Notes: generated by a model not told the origin, from the sequence alone. Shown: positions 49,703 through 63,049, numbered from the stretch's first letter. The stretch: DNA of 64,000 bases from Carcharhinus longimanus (GCA_030264375.1 JASCQW010000001.1:71110188-71174187), one strand, 5' to 3'. Numbers and translations: made by a program.

Positions 49703-51565
49703 AATCATATAATCCCAACAGTGCAGAAAGAGGCCATTTGGCCCATTGTGTCTGTACTGACTCTGATAGATCATCTCACCCAGGGTCACCATATCCATAC
49801 ATCCCCACATATTTAAAGAAGAACATGCTCCTGTCTACATCAACAGGGACGAAGTAGAAAGGGTCAAGAGCTTCAAGTTTTCAGTGGTCCAGATCACCAA
49901 CAACCTATCCTGGTTCCCCCCACCACAGGCTGACAGTATGGTTAAGAACGCCCACCAACGACTCAACTTTCNNNNNNNNNNNNNNNNNNNNNNNNNNNNN
50001 NNNNNNNNNNNNNNNNNNNNNNNNNNNNNNNNNNNNNNNNNNNNNNNNNNNNNNNNNNNNNNNNNNNNNNNNNNNNNNNNNNNNNNNNNNNNNNNNNNNN
50101 NNNNNNNNNNNNNNNNNNNNNNNNNNNNNNNNNNNNNNNNNNNNNNNNNNNNNNNNNNNNNNNNNNNNNNNNNNNNNNNNNNNNNNNNNNNNNNNNNNNN
50201 NNNNNNNNNNNNNNNNNNNNNNNNNNNNNNNNNNNNNNNNNNNNNNNNNNNNNNNNNNNNNNNNNNNNNNNNNNNNNNNNNNNNNNNNNNNNNNNNNNNN
50301 NNNNNNNNNNNNNNNNNNNNNNNNNNNNNNNNNNNNNNNNNNNNNNNNNNNNNNNNNNNNNNNNNNNNNNNNNNNNNNNNNNNNNNNNNNNNNNNNNNNN
50401 NNNNNNNNNNNNNNNNNNNNNNNNNNNNNNNNNNNNNNNNNNNNNNNNNNNNNNNNNNNNNNNNNNNNNNNNNNNNNNNNNNNNNNNNNNNNNNNNNNNN
50501 NNNNNNNNNNNNNNNNNNNNNNNNNNNNNNNNNNNNNNNNNNNNNNNNNNNNNNNNNNNNNNNNNNNNNNNNNNNNNNNNNNNNNNNNNNNNNNNNNNNN
50601 NNNNNNNNNNNNNNNNNNNNNNNNNNNNNNNNNNNNNNNNNNNNNNNNNNNNNNNNNNNNNNNNNNNNNNNNNNNNNNNNNNNNNNNNNNNNNNNNNNNN
50701 NNNNNNNNNNNNNNNNNNNNNNNNNNNNNNNNNNNNNNNNNNNNNNNNNNNNNNNNNNNNNNNNNNNNNNNNNNNNNNNNNNNNNNNNNNNNNNNNNNNN
50801 NNNNNNNNNNNNNNNNNNNNNNTCAAGAACAGCTTCTTCCCTGCTGCTGTCAGACTTTTGAATGGACTTACCTTGCATTAAGTTGATCTTTCTCTACATG
50901 CTAGCTATGACTGTAACACTACATTCTGCACTCTCTTGTTTCCTTCTCTATGTACTGTATGCTTTGTATAGTACGCAAGAAACAATACTTTTCACTGTAT
51001 GTTAATGCATGTGACAATAATAAACCAAATCAAATATTTACCCTCTAATTCCCTTAATCTATACATCGTGGGACATTAAGGGTCAATTTAGCATGGACAA
51101 TCCATCTAACCTGCACATCTAATCTGCACCTCGGTGACCCGCAAGGCTGTGTCCTCATCCCTTACTATACTCCTTATATAGTTATGACTGTGTGACCAAA
51201 TTCTCACCAACTCTATTTTCAAGTTTGCTGATGATATATTTACTGACCATATATTGAGCTGATCTTTCTCTATACCCTAGCTATGACAGTAAAACTATAC
51301 TCTGCACCTTTTCCTTTCCTTCTCCCCATGTATTCTATGAAAAGTATGTTTTGTCTGTATAGTGCACAAAAGAACAATATTTCTCACTGTATCCCAATAC
51401 GTGTGACAATTATATATCAAATCAAATCTTTGGACTGTGGGAGGAAACTGGAGCACCCAGAGGAAACCCACACAGTCATGGGGAGAACTTGCAAACTTCG
51501 CACATACAGGCTCAAATTGAACCTGGGTCCCTGGCAGTGTGAGGCAGCAGTGTTAACCAGTATCA
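49703..51565. mobile_element. Nested cluster: minus HE1 SINE split by Rex1/Babar pieces (49817-51034 and 51125-51428, plus)
   Basis: SINE segments at 49703-49815, 51035-51120 and 51428-51565; Rex motifs GDPQGCVL and FKFADD; AATCAAATCAAA tails. Confidence 0.8.
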
Positions 51566-52409
51566 TTGTGACAGCCAGGATTACATGACTGAGCTACATC
51601 CCCCCCACCCCCCGCCCCATCAATCTCCAATTGCAAAATTGCAGCTAAGCAGGAAGTGATGCTGGAGTGGCCATTNNNNNNNNNNNNNNNNNNNNNNNNN
51701 NNNNNNNNNNNNNNNNNNNNNNNNNNNNNNNNNNNNNNNNNNNNNNNNNNNNNNNNNNNNNNNNNNNNNNNNNNNNNNNNNNNNNNNNNNNNNNNNNNNN
51801 NNNNNNNNNNNNNNNNNNNNNNNNNNNNNNNCCTTCATGATTCCATAACAAAGACATCAACGTAGGGCCGCATGTTTTGCTGGCAGATATCTCCTGGAGG
51901 GGAAATTACAACTGACTATTCAGTTTGTGGATTAGTAATCCCACCACAGGAAAGTGTTTATTTCCACTTAGCTATCACTGGTGGATGTGAGTGGTGCTGG
52001 AGAGTCCCCTATGGAGTAATTCTCCAGGACGATCAATACTATGAAGCAAAAATGAGGACATTTAGGCCCAAGAAGGGGGATATGGGGTGCTGGTGATCAT
52101 GAAGGTGGATTGGGAAATTTCAGCATGAGGGGTGGAGAGCGGAGCATTGAGGTCATAATACCAGGAGAGGAGGGGTTTTAAAATTAACTGAGGCTTAGAC
52201 CTTACTTTGTTGAGTCACGTTATTATCTCTGCTGGCCAACTCATTTACCTTCTATCCCGCTCAAATCACCATGAAGATTCCCAGGATCAGTCTCCATTGG
52301 GTTATCTAGGAAGACAGGACAAAAGGAATCCCAAAAGAGACACGGAATAGTCAATTTTAAAGCTAATCCTTTAAAATATGGGACAGTTAGTCACCCCCAA
52401 ACTTATTCT

Positions 52410-52959
52410 TCAGTGCAGAAGGAGGCCATTCAGGCCATCGAGCCTGTACCGACAACAATCCTACCCAGGCCCTAAACCTGTAACCCAACACATCCACCCT
52501 GCCAATCCCCCTGAGGACAATTTAGCATAGCCAATCAACTTAACCTGCACATTTTTGGAGTGGGAGAGGAAATTGGAGCACCTGAAGAAAACTCATGCAG
52601 ACACGGGGAGAATGTGCAAACTCCACATAGAACATAAGAACATAAGAAATAGGGGCAGGCGTAGGCCATCTAGCCCTNNNNNNNNNNNNNNNNNNNNNNN
52701 NNNNNNNNNNNNNNNNNNNNNNNNNNNNNNNNNNNNNNNNNNNNNNNNNNNNNNNNNNNNNNNNNNNNNNNNNNNNNGCCAAAATATCCTTGCGTAAGTG
52801 CGGCAACCAAAACTGCACACAGTACTCCAGCTGCGGCCTCACCAATGCCCTATATAGCCGCAGCAAGACCTCCATAGACAACATCTGAGCCCAGAATTGA
52901 ACACAGGTCCCTGGCACTTTGAGGCAACAATGCTAACCACTTGTACCACTGCACCGCCC
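52410..52959 (-). mobile_element. HE1 SINE interrupted by a young CR1 (~52628-52875)
   Basis: Insert reads MEVLLRLYRALVRPQLEYCVQFWLPHLRKDIL; ACATAAGAACATAAGAA tail. Confidence 0.85.
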
Positions 52960-53202
52960 ACTTTGGAGATAAATCTTTCAAGTAAACCTTGGAGATAAAT
53001 TTCAAAATAATGTTCTTAATTGCCTGAAGTCTGTAATGTATACATTCAATGGACCTAACCCCTGCTTAAGGTGACCACTTGGGTCTCTTGGCTGGGACTG
53101 AAGCCTGACAAATTGTTTTCCTGTTTTTAACTGGAAAAGGGGGGAATCATTCCATAGCTGAAGTGTACAGTTTACATTGCCAGTTTTAGGCCCAAGTTAT
53201 TG

Positions 53203-53474
53203 GAATCATAGAATCTGACAGTGCAGAATGAGGCCATTCAGCCCATTGAGTCTGCACTGGCCACAATACTAGCCAGTCCCCCTGACATTGAGGGGCAATT
53301 TAGCAAGGCCAATCTACCTAACCTGCACATCATTGAACTGTGGGAGAAAACCGAAGCACCCGGAGGAAAATCACACACACACTGGGAGAACATGCAACCT
53401 CCATACAGTGACCCCGGCTAGGAATTGAATGTTGTGAGGCAGCAGTGTTAACCGCTGAGCTACCATGCTGCACC
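53203..53474 (-). mobile_element. HE1-type V-SINE
   Basis: GAATCATAGAATC tail; GTGAGGCAGCAGTGTTAACC head. Confidence 0.8.
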
Positions 53475-54744
53475 TAAATAAATGTAAGCAGTGATGATGC
53501 AACCTATAAATCTACAGAAGATTTTTTTTAAAACAGTTTGACACCATTAAGATAGCATTAATAACCATCATTGAAAGTGAAAGTGGTTGCTGATGCTTTA
53601 AAGAAATGATGAATACTTGTCACATCTCAATTCAATGCATCATATGGTAAACTAATCTCACTTTGACAAACCTTACTCATTTAGATTCCACCAACATGCA
53701 GTTTACAGACCTGTTTAGATTGAGTACAAGTTTTGGAATGGGCGTTGATAAACATCAGTTTATATTCAATGCAATTCAGGGGATGGGCTGTTGCCAGACA
53801 GATTAAGAGTGAGACACTGCTCTTATCAGTGATGTGATCACACAGGACAGACAGAGATTAATCCTTTCTCTCTCTGTTGTTACTCAGAATGTAACTCCTG
53901 GTACTCATTCCTTTTGGTGCCATTTATCTTGGAACACAAAGGCTATCCCTAATTTTAAAGGAGCCTAATTAAGGTACCTTGACTGATGATTAACAGTTGT
54001 TAAGTGGCATTCCCTATTCTGCAGCTTTTTTATTCTTTTAAAAAAGAACCATGATCTTTTATCTGGGAAACAGCTGAAGTTGTATTCACCATAGATTGCT
54101 GCGAGATAAGTCAGTCTGTTCATGTGTCTTGGAGCCACAGAGTGTAAGCATCAAATCAGATAGACAACTTCATTTATACAAAAAGAGCAGGCCTTTGTCT
54201 AGGCTGCAGTCACCTTTCTCTTTACTGCAATTGTACTGAGATGTTTTGGGATGTAAAATCTCCTAAATAAATCACTTTTGTACAATGCAGTTGATATATT
54301 CCATGCTGTGTTAATCTCACTTAATTGACTGTTCTGAATGCATCCTATTTGTTTTCATTTGGACAACTCAAGGCAGACTGTTAAACACAGTCTGCTGTCT
54401 GTCAAATCCCTGTAACAAGGAATTGCTGTTTTTTGATACCAACGCCGCAGTTGCAAATCATTGGGTCTGAGTATTTCACAAATGCTTTCTATTCCATTTG
54501 TAAGTACTTCTACATTTGGAGCTTCTTTAGCTTGCATCATGAGAGACTCGTATTTGAGCAATACAATGACAACTTACATTTATATAGCACCTTCAATGTA
54601 AGAAAATATCTCAAGAGAATTCTCAAACAAACCTTTACAGTAAGGTGATGTTAGAGCAGGTGACCAAAAGCTGTAAAGAGAGATAGAATGGCAGAGATGT
54701 TTAGGGAAGAAGTTTCAGCTTTAGCAACTCGGCAGCTGAAGGCA

Positions 54745-55048
54745 CGTGACATGGTGTCACAATGATTAGTACTGCTGCCTCACAGTGCCAGGGATTTGGG
54801 TTTGATTCCTGACTCAGGTCACAGTCTGTGCAGAGTCTGCTTTCTTCTTGTGTCTCCATAGGTTTCCTCTGTGTGCTCCAGTTTCTTTCCACAATCCAAA
54901 AGACATGCTGGTTAGGTGCATTGGCCAAGGTGAATTCTCCCTCAGTGTACTTGAATAAGTGCCAGAGTGTGGCCGCTAGAGGATTTCCACAGTAACTTCA
55001 TTGTGGTGTTAATGTAAGCCTACTTGTGACACTATTAAATAAATAAAT
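54745..55048 (+). mobile_element. V-SINE type B
   Basis: Complete head and GCCTACTTGTGACACTATTAAATAAATAAA tail. Confidence 0.85.
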
Positions 55049-55359
55049 TATCTATTGCAGATCCAATTTGTTATTGAGCATTTAATGTCAACAATTGACA
55101 GAAACGTAAGTAATGAACAAAGGCAAAATCTTTCAGATGGTAGAAATCTGAAATAAAAACAGAACATGCTCAGCAGGTTTGGCAGCATCTATGAAGAGAG
55201 AAATGAAGTTAATGTTTCAGGTCAATGAATGTTTTTCAGAACATATTAGGATGTGTGGAACACTAAAGCAGGTGTCTTCGCTCCATTTGACTCTGAGCAC
55301 TCAAAAATATGGCTTTCACTTGACTAAACTGACACAGCTAAAATCCATCCACCCACATA

Positions 55360-55618
55360 CTGCACTGCTGCCTCACTGCGCCAGGCACCCGTGTTCAATT
55401 CTGGCTTCGGGTGACTGTCTGTGTGGAGTTTGCAGTTTCTCCCTGTGTGTCTGTGTGAGTTCCCTCCGGGTGCTCTGGTTTCTTCCCACAGTCTGAAAGA
55501 CATGCTGGTTAGGTGCATTGACCCAAACAGGTGCTGAAGTGTGGAGACTAGAGGAATTTCACAATAACTTCATTGCAGTGTTAATGTAAGCCTCTCTTGT
55601 GACTAATAAATAAACTTA
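55360..55618 (+). mobile_element. V-SINE type B, deletion subfamily
   Basis: GTGCATTGACCCAAACAGG junction, shared with the inner copy at 22533. Confidence 0.85.
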
Positions 55619-56829
55619 CAGGAAGGGCATTGGTTTTGGAAGGGGTGCCAAAATATTAATGTCTTAAAGGGTTAAATGACAAAACCAAGCTGTATAAACA
55701 TAGTTTGTGTTTTGAGTTTCTAAGATTGCGTTTCTAAGCTGTAAAGTGAATCATTATGGTAGATGCAGAGAAAATGTTTTTTCCTCTGCAGAGAATCCAA
55801 TCAAAGAGGTGGTGTAACTGAAGATAGCGGTGGGAAGGATGAAAATGGACTTCTGATACGTTATTGATCATTTGGGACTAATGTTCAAGACAAATTTCAT
55901 CCCCAATATCTTAAAATTAGAGCTAGGACGGGTAGGAATGAAATGAGGAAATCTCCTTTCATACAAAGGGTCATCTTGAATCTGTTTCCAGAATCTGGAT
56001 CAGTTGAAATTGTCATAAACTAAACTGATAGTTTTTTATTGGATTATGCAGAAAGATGAAAAGCAGCCATGATCTGGTGAAATTATGGAGAAGCTCGAAG
56101 AACTGAAAGGGACAGAAATAGGCCAAAGTAACAAAGCAGTTCTATAATCATCAGTCTCCAGGATATTCCAGCTTTTATGCAGAGACCGCACTAATTAACA
56201 ATAATTTCAAACAGCAACCTCAAAATGATAATGCAATGCAAAAACATGCATTATAGATTTCCATATCTGCAGAAACCACCAGACTAGCTAAACAGCAGTG
56301 AAAGGAGTTATAGAGAACCATTCCAAATGGTGCACCAACCCCCAGTTATATTTTTTAAAAGTAATGCAACCAGTTTACTCTGTTTGCAGCCTGGGCTCAT
56401 AACCTTACCAATTCTGCAAACCTTAGACCTGTGAAATCCAAATTAAACACATGTGGAGCACGGACACCAGGCAGGTCATTTTGCCTTCATGTTGATCTTT
56501 TGTAGCCTGGAGAAATGCAGGGAGATCAAAAGAACACTGCAGCATGTGACCAGGCATTTCCTTTGATACCAGAGCGTTAGGTTTTTTTTAAAACTGGTAT
56601 CAGACTATCATGCTGGGGACCTGAGGGAACGTAAAAGAATTGCCCATCCTATTGATCTGCCGCAGCTTGGCTCCAGATATAAATGATTACAAGATCACAA
56701 GATACTTCCAGATGAGGAAGGCAATTCCACCCATCTTTATTCGCCCATTCTAAGAGATCCTTTGGTCCCTTCACCCGCAAGACTATTTAATTGTCTGTTA
56801 AATAATTCTCAGGTTTTTATGCTTCAGTT

Positions 56830-56985
56830 ACATAGAAACATAGATAATAAGAGCAGGAGGAGGCCATTCAGCCCTTCGAGTCTGCTTCACCATTCATTAT
56901 GATCATGGCTGATCATTGAACTCAATAGCCTGATTCTGCCTTCCCCCCCGCCCCTTGTCCCTTGATCCTCTTCGCCTCAACAGCT
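56830..56985 (-). mobile_element. CR1 3' end
   Basis: ACATAGAAACATAGA..GGAGGAGGCCATTCAGCCCTTCGAG. Confidence 0.8.
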
Positions 56986-57273
56986 ATTACTTTTTGCTAG
57001 TTTGAACTTAGCTTTCAATCCTAAAGTTTAATTTAAAATAGTACGGAAGATTAATATTGTCTGTGCCCTCAACAGTCCCATTTGCTCCTCAGACAACTTG
57101 ACAGACTTTATACCTTTGACAGTCAGAATCAAAACGAGAGTAGATAGAAAAATAATGTTCAGACTGAGGAGAGAATTGAGAGCAAGGGTACACTGATTTA
57201 AGGTAATTCTCAAAAGCAGCAATTATGACACGAGGAGAAACATTTTTACACAGTGAGAGGTTAGGATCTGAAT

Positions 57274-57925
57274 AAAGAACAAAGAAAATTACAGCACAGG
57301 AACAGGCTCTTCAGCCCTCCAAGCCTCCACCGACCATGCTGCCTGACTGAAGTAAAACCCCCTACGCTTCCAGGGACCATATCACTCTATTTCCATCCTA
57401 TTCATGTATTTGTCAAGACGCCCCTTAAAAGCCACTATCGTATCCGCTTCCACTACCTCCCCCGGCAGTGAGTTCCAGGCACTCACTACTCTCTGTGAAA
57501 AAAATCTGTCTCGTACATCTCCTTTAAACCTTGCCCCTCACACCTTAAACCTGTGCCCCCTGGTAATTGACTCTTTCACCCTGGGAGAAAGCTTCTGACT
57601 ATCCACTCTGTCCATGCCTCTCATAATTTTGTAGACTTCTATCAAGTCGCCCCTCAACCTCTGTTGTTCCAGTGAGAACAAACCAAGTTTCTCCAACCTC
57701 TCCTCATAGCTAATGCCCTCTGTACCAGGCAACATCCTGGTAAATCTATTCCGTACCCTCTCCAAAGCCTCCACATCCTCCTAGTAGTATGGCAACCTGA
57801 ATTGAGCACTACATTCCAAGTGTGGCTGAACTAAGGTTCTATGAAGCTGCAACATGACTTGCCAATTTTTAAACTCAATGCCCCAGCCGACAAAGGCAAG
57901 CATGCTGCATGCCTTCTTGACTACA
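57274..57925 (-). mobile_element. CR1/HER1-like LINE 3' portion, inserted into an older plus-strand CR1 (57130-57270, 57925-58130)
   Basis: ALERVRNRFTRMLPG..ISYEERLEKLGLFSLEQQRLRGDLIEVYKIMRG..TRGHRFKV. Confidence 0.92.
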
Positions 57926-58273
57926 GTGATGAATGCACCGTCTGAGAATGTAGTATAAGCAGCTCAAATTGACGCATTCAAAAGGGAACTGGCTTATTTT
58001 CTGAAGAGAAAAATATGCAAGGCTGTGGGGAGAAAACACAAGAGTGACACTGGATAAATTGCTCCTTTGGAGAGCCAGCACTGACACAGTGGGCCAAATG
58101 GCCTCACCCTGTGCTGTAATCATTATGTGATGCCATGAACTTCTTCCAAGCCGACAAGCCTGCTTTGTTCCTTCTGTCCCTGACACTGAAAATCAAGTCC
58201 TGTGGATCTTCTCCGCACTCTCTCCAATAATTAAATATTACTTTTTTTTAATAGATTTGATTTGATTTAATAT

Positions 58274-59067
58274 TGTTGTGCCTGCCGCACTGTGTGTTTT
58301 AACTCTTTTTGGTGGACAAAGAACTGTGAGTCAACTTCTTGCTAATACAATAGTATTTATTCATACACACAATTAATGTTTATCAACCACACTATCAATA
58401 TAAGTTATCTTACAGTATATTAAAGTTCAAGTCCAATTCTAGACTTTGACTTAATGTTTGCGTGACCAGCAAGTACCCAGGCAGATATTGACCTTTATCC
58501 ACGTGTTGGTCACTGTAGCCCTCTGCGTAGTCTAGTCCTTCGGTCCAGTCTAATACTCTGACTTTGGTCTTCCTTCCATTGTTGATGTGGTGGCTCTCCT
58601 CATGCTGGTCGTTGCTGGTGGTGGTCGCCATGTTGTTGTTAATGAGAGAGAGGGATCCTTCTATTGTGCAGCACCTTTTATACCTCATTGGTTTCGTGCT
58701 CTTTTGGGCAGTCTCTTGATTGTTGCCAATCAATCGATCAGGGTTTGATCACCCTGATCGATAGAGTCCAATCAAGTGCTGCCACCCCATCTGTAGGTAT
58801 ATACCTAATGACCATGTCTGTAGGTGCTTCAGGAATGTAGGTCACATACTTCCCTCTCAAATAAGGGGTTAGGCATCCTTGTGTCTAGTAAACAACTCTG
58901 TTTGACTAGAAAGTTTCCATTGTCTTTGAGATGGCCTATGTTCTGTGTATTCAGTAGCCTGGAGCCGCAGCCTGTTTATTGCTGTCATTTAATCCTGTAG
59001 CCTGTCTGTAGCCAATTATCCCAGCATGCTTTGTGAATCACCATCTTAGGTGGCCCATTTGGCCATA
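58274..59067 (-). mobile_element. Probable solo LTR (~790 bp) inserted in a Rex1/Babar tail
   Basis: TG start, CA(TA) end, ATAT/TTAT flanks; minus-strand TATAAAAG (58675-58682) and AATAAA (58356-58361); host tail GATTTGATTTGATTT...TTATTGTCA is split. Confidence 0.6.
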
Positions 59068-59164
59068 TTATTGTCATAGGTATTAGTATACACTGAAAAG
59101 TATTGTTTCTTGCATGCTGTACAGCCAAAGCATACCGCTCATAGAGAAGGGACAGCACCCAGTC

Positions 59165-59257
59165 ATTTCATAAGAACATAAGAAATAAGAAATAGGAGCA
59201 GGAGTAGGCCATCTAGCCCTTCGAGCCTACCCCGCCATTCAATAAGATCATGGCTGA
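59165..59257 (-). mobile_element. Young CR1 3' end running into a gap
   Basis: CATAAGAACATAAGAAATAAGAAATAGGAGCAGGAGTAGGCC. Confidence 0.85.
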
Positions 59258-59869
59258 NNNNNNNNNNNNNNNNNNNNNNNNNNNNNNNNNNNNNNNNNNN
59301 NNNNNNNNNNNNNNNNNNNNNNNNNNNNNNNNNNNNNNNNNNNNNNNNNNNNNNNNNNNNNNNNNNNNNNNNNNNNNNNNNNNNNNNNNNNNNNNNNNNN
59401 NNNNNNNNNNNNNNNNNNNNNNNNNNNNNNNNNNNNNNNNNNNNNNNNNNNNNNNNNNNNNNNNNNNNNNNNNNNNNNNNNNNNNNNNNNNNNNCATTTT
59501 TTTGAACCATTGGGTCTTCTTCCAATGTAAGATGGCCACAAGGACTGTGATTAATACACTTCCACGCATGTGTATTGATTGGTGCACATACAGAAAGCAG
59601 TCAGTCTGTGCCTCAGTGTACGTCTTTGATTTATTTAACCATAGTCTGTGACTTTACTTACAGAGCTGATTCTGACCTTCAGTCCCAAATAAAAAACTTT
59701 TTTTTCAGTGTGTGTAGTTCATCATTAAAATTTTGATATGAAATAGTAATAGGATCAGGATTCATCTTATATCCACCTCAGGAAACTGAACTGAGGTTGG
59801 GATATGATTTCCAAATGAGGGGAGCACTCGAGTGCACCTATGTTTTCTGCAGAGATCAGCTAAGTTCTC

Positions 59870-60150
59870 AATTTATTTATTTAGTGTCATAAGTAGGCTT
59901 ACATTAACACTGCAATGAAGTTACCATGAAAATCCTCCCATTGCCACACCCTGGCACCTGTTCGGATACACTGAGGGAGAATGTAGCATGGCCTACGCAC
60001 CTCATGAGCACATCTTTCAGACTGTGGGAGGAAACTGAGCACTCAGTGGAAATCCATATAGACACAGGGAGAACTCCTCACAGATAGTGATTCAAACCGG
60101 GAATCAAACTCGGGTCCCTGGAGCTGTGCGGCAGCTGTGCCACCGTCTCG
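59870..60150 (-). mobile_element. V-SINE type B
   Basis: TTTATTTAGTGTCATAAGTAGGCTTACATTAACACTGCAATG tail; CCGGGAATCAAAC B box. Confidence 0.85.
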
Positions 60151-61346
60151 CCTTCAAAACTAAATTGAAAATAGCACCTTCTTAATTCAAGTGTCCCAGG
60201 GACATGGCAGGTAAGATGATTCAAATCATCTTCTGAATAAGATTCACCAACACGTTTCTAAGGTAAACATTTTGTAGCTATATTGACAAGTATGATCAAG
60301 TTCACTGCGATGTTGCAATGACATCATGGAGTAACACAGTACATCTACAGCCGCAAAGACTTCTGAACTCACATTGTTATCCGAATGAAGTTCCAGCAAG
60401 TGGAATGTTAGGCAGCGTTTGAAAGGAAGCAGGATGGTAAAATAGAAACTGTTGGTGCAAGTTATCTGTAGTTTCTATCCTCATTCTAATTTGGTTACTT
60501 TATTAATAAAGATAAGCTAATACAGTACTGTTTGATGAAAGAAAATTTGCAACTCTGAAACAGTTATAAAGCTGAAGCTATTACACACTGAAATCACAAA
60601 ACTAATTAAAAATCATTTATTGCTGTTAAATCTGTTTTCATATGCAACATAATCTCAGTATTACTCCTCCGCCTTAGTCTCAAGGACAGGATAGGTGCAG
60701 CGTAATGGTATAGCCACAATCCGTTTGTCACTTACCACAAGCAGCCTTATCAGAGGCTCTCACCAGAAATTGGGGCAAAAATAAATGGTGCCTCTAGGTT
60801 TGGCCATCAGCCTCGGGGTCTTCTGTCTGCTGTTGGACAACTGGCATCATAAGTCATCAATTCCAGTGAGTGCATGTGTTTACGTCTTTAGATTTTTGTC
60901 TGACTCCCTCTATTGGAATCTCTGATCTGAAGTGACCCCCAGGTGCAACACCCAACATCAGTTTCATGGGGGTTAATGGAGATAGGCATCCCCCAGTTAT
61001 TGTCAGGAGAATGTTTACATATGCAAATGAGAGTTGGATACCATGACCACTCCATCCGTTTGTAACAGGCATTGCATGGTTTACCTTAAAGTCCTTAAAG
61101 GGCAGCTAGAGGTCACCCTGCAGCCTGAAAGTCTTTTTTTTAGAGCCCAAAGCAGGCCATCAATAAAACTTTGGCTTGCTTGCCAATTTCTGACATAAAC
61201 AGCTGACAAGGCTCATGTTTCGGTGGTGCACTCCTATTAGGTACCAATCTTCAATCGCTGTTTTGTTCAGTTTCAGCTATGTCTGCAAACGATCGGAGCT
61301 GAAGTCAAAGATGATCTCTCACCGCCATTTAACATGGGCAATTTGG

Positions 61347-61657
61347 CATCATAGAATCCCTGCAGTGCATTTGACCCATTGGGTCTGCACTGACCACAAT
61401 TCCACCCAGGTCCCATCCCCCTAACCTCACATATTTACACTGCTAGCTCCCCTGATAGTAAGGGATAATTTAGCATGGACAATTAACCTAACCCACACAT
61501 CTTTGGACTGTGGGAGGAAACTGGAGCACCTGGAGGAAGCTCACACAGACACAGGGAGATTATGCAGATTTCACACAGTCAGTTATCCAAGGCCAGAATT
61601 GAACTGGGTCTCTGACGCTGTGAGGGAGCAGTGCTAACCACAGTGCCACTATGCTAC
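61347..61657 (-). mobile_element. HE1-type V-SINE
   Basis: CATAGAATCCCTGCAGTGCA tail; CAGTGCTAACCACAGTGCCAC head. Confidence 0.85.
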
Positions 61658-63049
61658 CAGCCAACAAATGACTGTTGCTTTAAAGTCATAAAGTGGATTT
61701 TAAAACTTTATTAATGGAAGTAAAATAGGACCCTGTTTATAAAGCAAATTAACACACTGCAAGTTTACAAAAGATGATCAGTTTTGAGTATTAATAAAAT
61801 TGTCAGGCACAAAATTTCGCTCTTTGCACATATAGCTCAGCCTTAAATAGTTGCATCTCAGGGCTGTTCAGGTTTTGATCAAAGAAGTATGTTTTGAAAG
61901 AGAAGCTGGGTAATTTTAGTTCCCACACCAAACGTTGGCGAAATGGATATTCCAGTTATTACTTGTGTTTATTGAAGATGGAAAAGAAGAACTGTCGTGC
62001 TTGTACCAGAGGCGGACCTTCACCTTCCTGCTGTGTTTAAAAACCCACGCATATCTGGGACTGTCTGAAGGAATTGTATTCCCAGGCTGAAGTGCACTGA
62101 GGCAGTGAGTAAGCTATACAGCAGGCTGACGTGCAGGCAACCGCAGCGACCAAACTGCGGTCATGGTCAAAGTGACCTGGAAGTTTATGCCTGTAACTCT
62201 TTCTCAGCTACCATAGAGGACACTTGCCATATCAGTCAGTGTACTTAGTTCAACAAGGCAAACATATTCATGAGTATTCAAGGTTGACTGCAGCTCCAAT
62301 AAGCGATCAAGCAGAGTGGTACAGACTGTGTGCAATGCTAAATGCAATATCAAGGAATCCCAGCGTGTTCTTTGTACCAAGTTCCTTAACACACAGACCC
62401 TGGGCGTGTAAAATCTGAAGCCTAACCAAGAAATTTCATAACTTGGCACCCTTATCAGCAGTTTCTGCTCCTCCAATACCAATGTCCTCCAGACACTTAT
62501 TTCCCTCAGTCATTCTTGTGATCTCATCTGGTGTGACCTCCTCAAACTGACTACCTGTATCTAAATTTTCCAATGAGGATATATCTTGCAACAGTGAAGT
62601 TAGCAAGGAATGTACAGCAATGGTGAGTGTGGTTGGTTCTTGTTGGGGCACAGAGAGAATGACCATAGAAGGGGAACACACTTCGGAATGCATTATAGCT
62701 TACATGGTTGTAAGTGCTGGAGTCTAAACCCTCCTTGTGGGATTGATTAATGTTGGAAAAGATTAATCCTCAGATTGAAGAAAATCCCTAACATCATTCA
62801 TCCTTCTGCCTTCTAAACTGACAAAAATTGAACAACTTCAAACTGCTTCCCCAGAGAAACTCAAAAGCTTAGCATTAAGAGACTTTGACTCTGATATCTG
62901 GAAACGTCTGCATCTATTTCCTACACCTTTTGGTGGTGATGTTGGTGTTCAGCAGGGGTGTTACTTGAACTTCTTGCAGCAGGACCAAACCTGCTGAATG
63001 TGCAGTTTTTCCTTGCATTGGCTCCATCACTGTTCACTTGTAACTTCCC

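Noticed and set aside
49835-50878. Long ORFs of 287-347 aa (also those at 12497-13106 and 59163-59651)
   Set aside because: Almost entirely X from N gaps.
52963-53005. Short tandem duplication TTGGAGATAAAT (similar ones near 19400, 28532 and 40158)
   Set aside because: Two copies only; ordinary slippage or repair duplications with no array structure.
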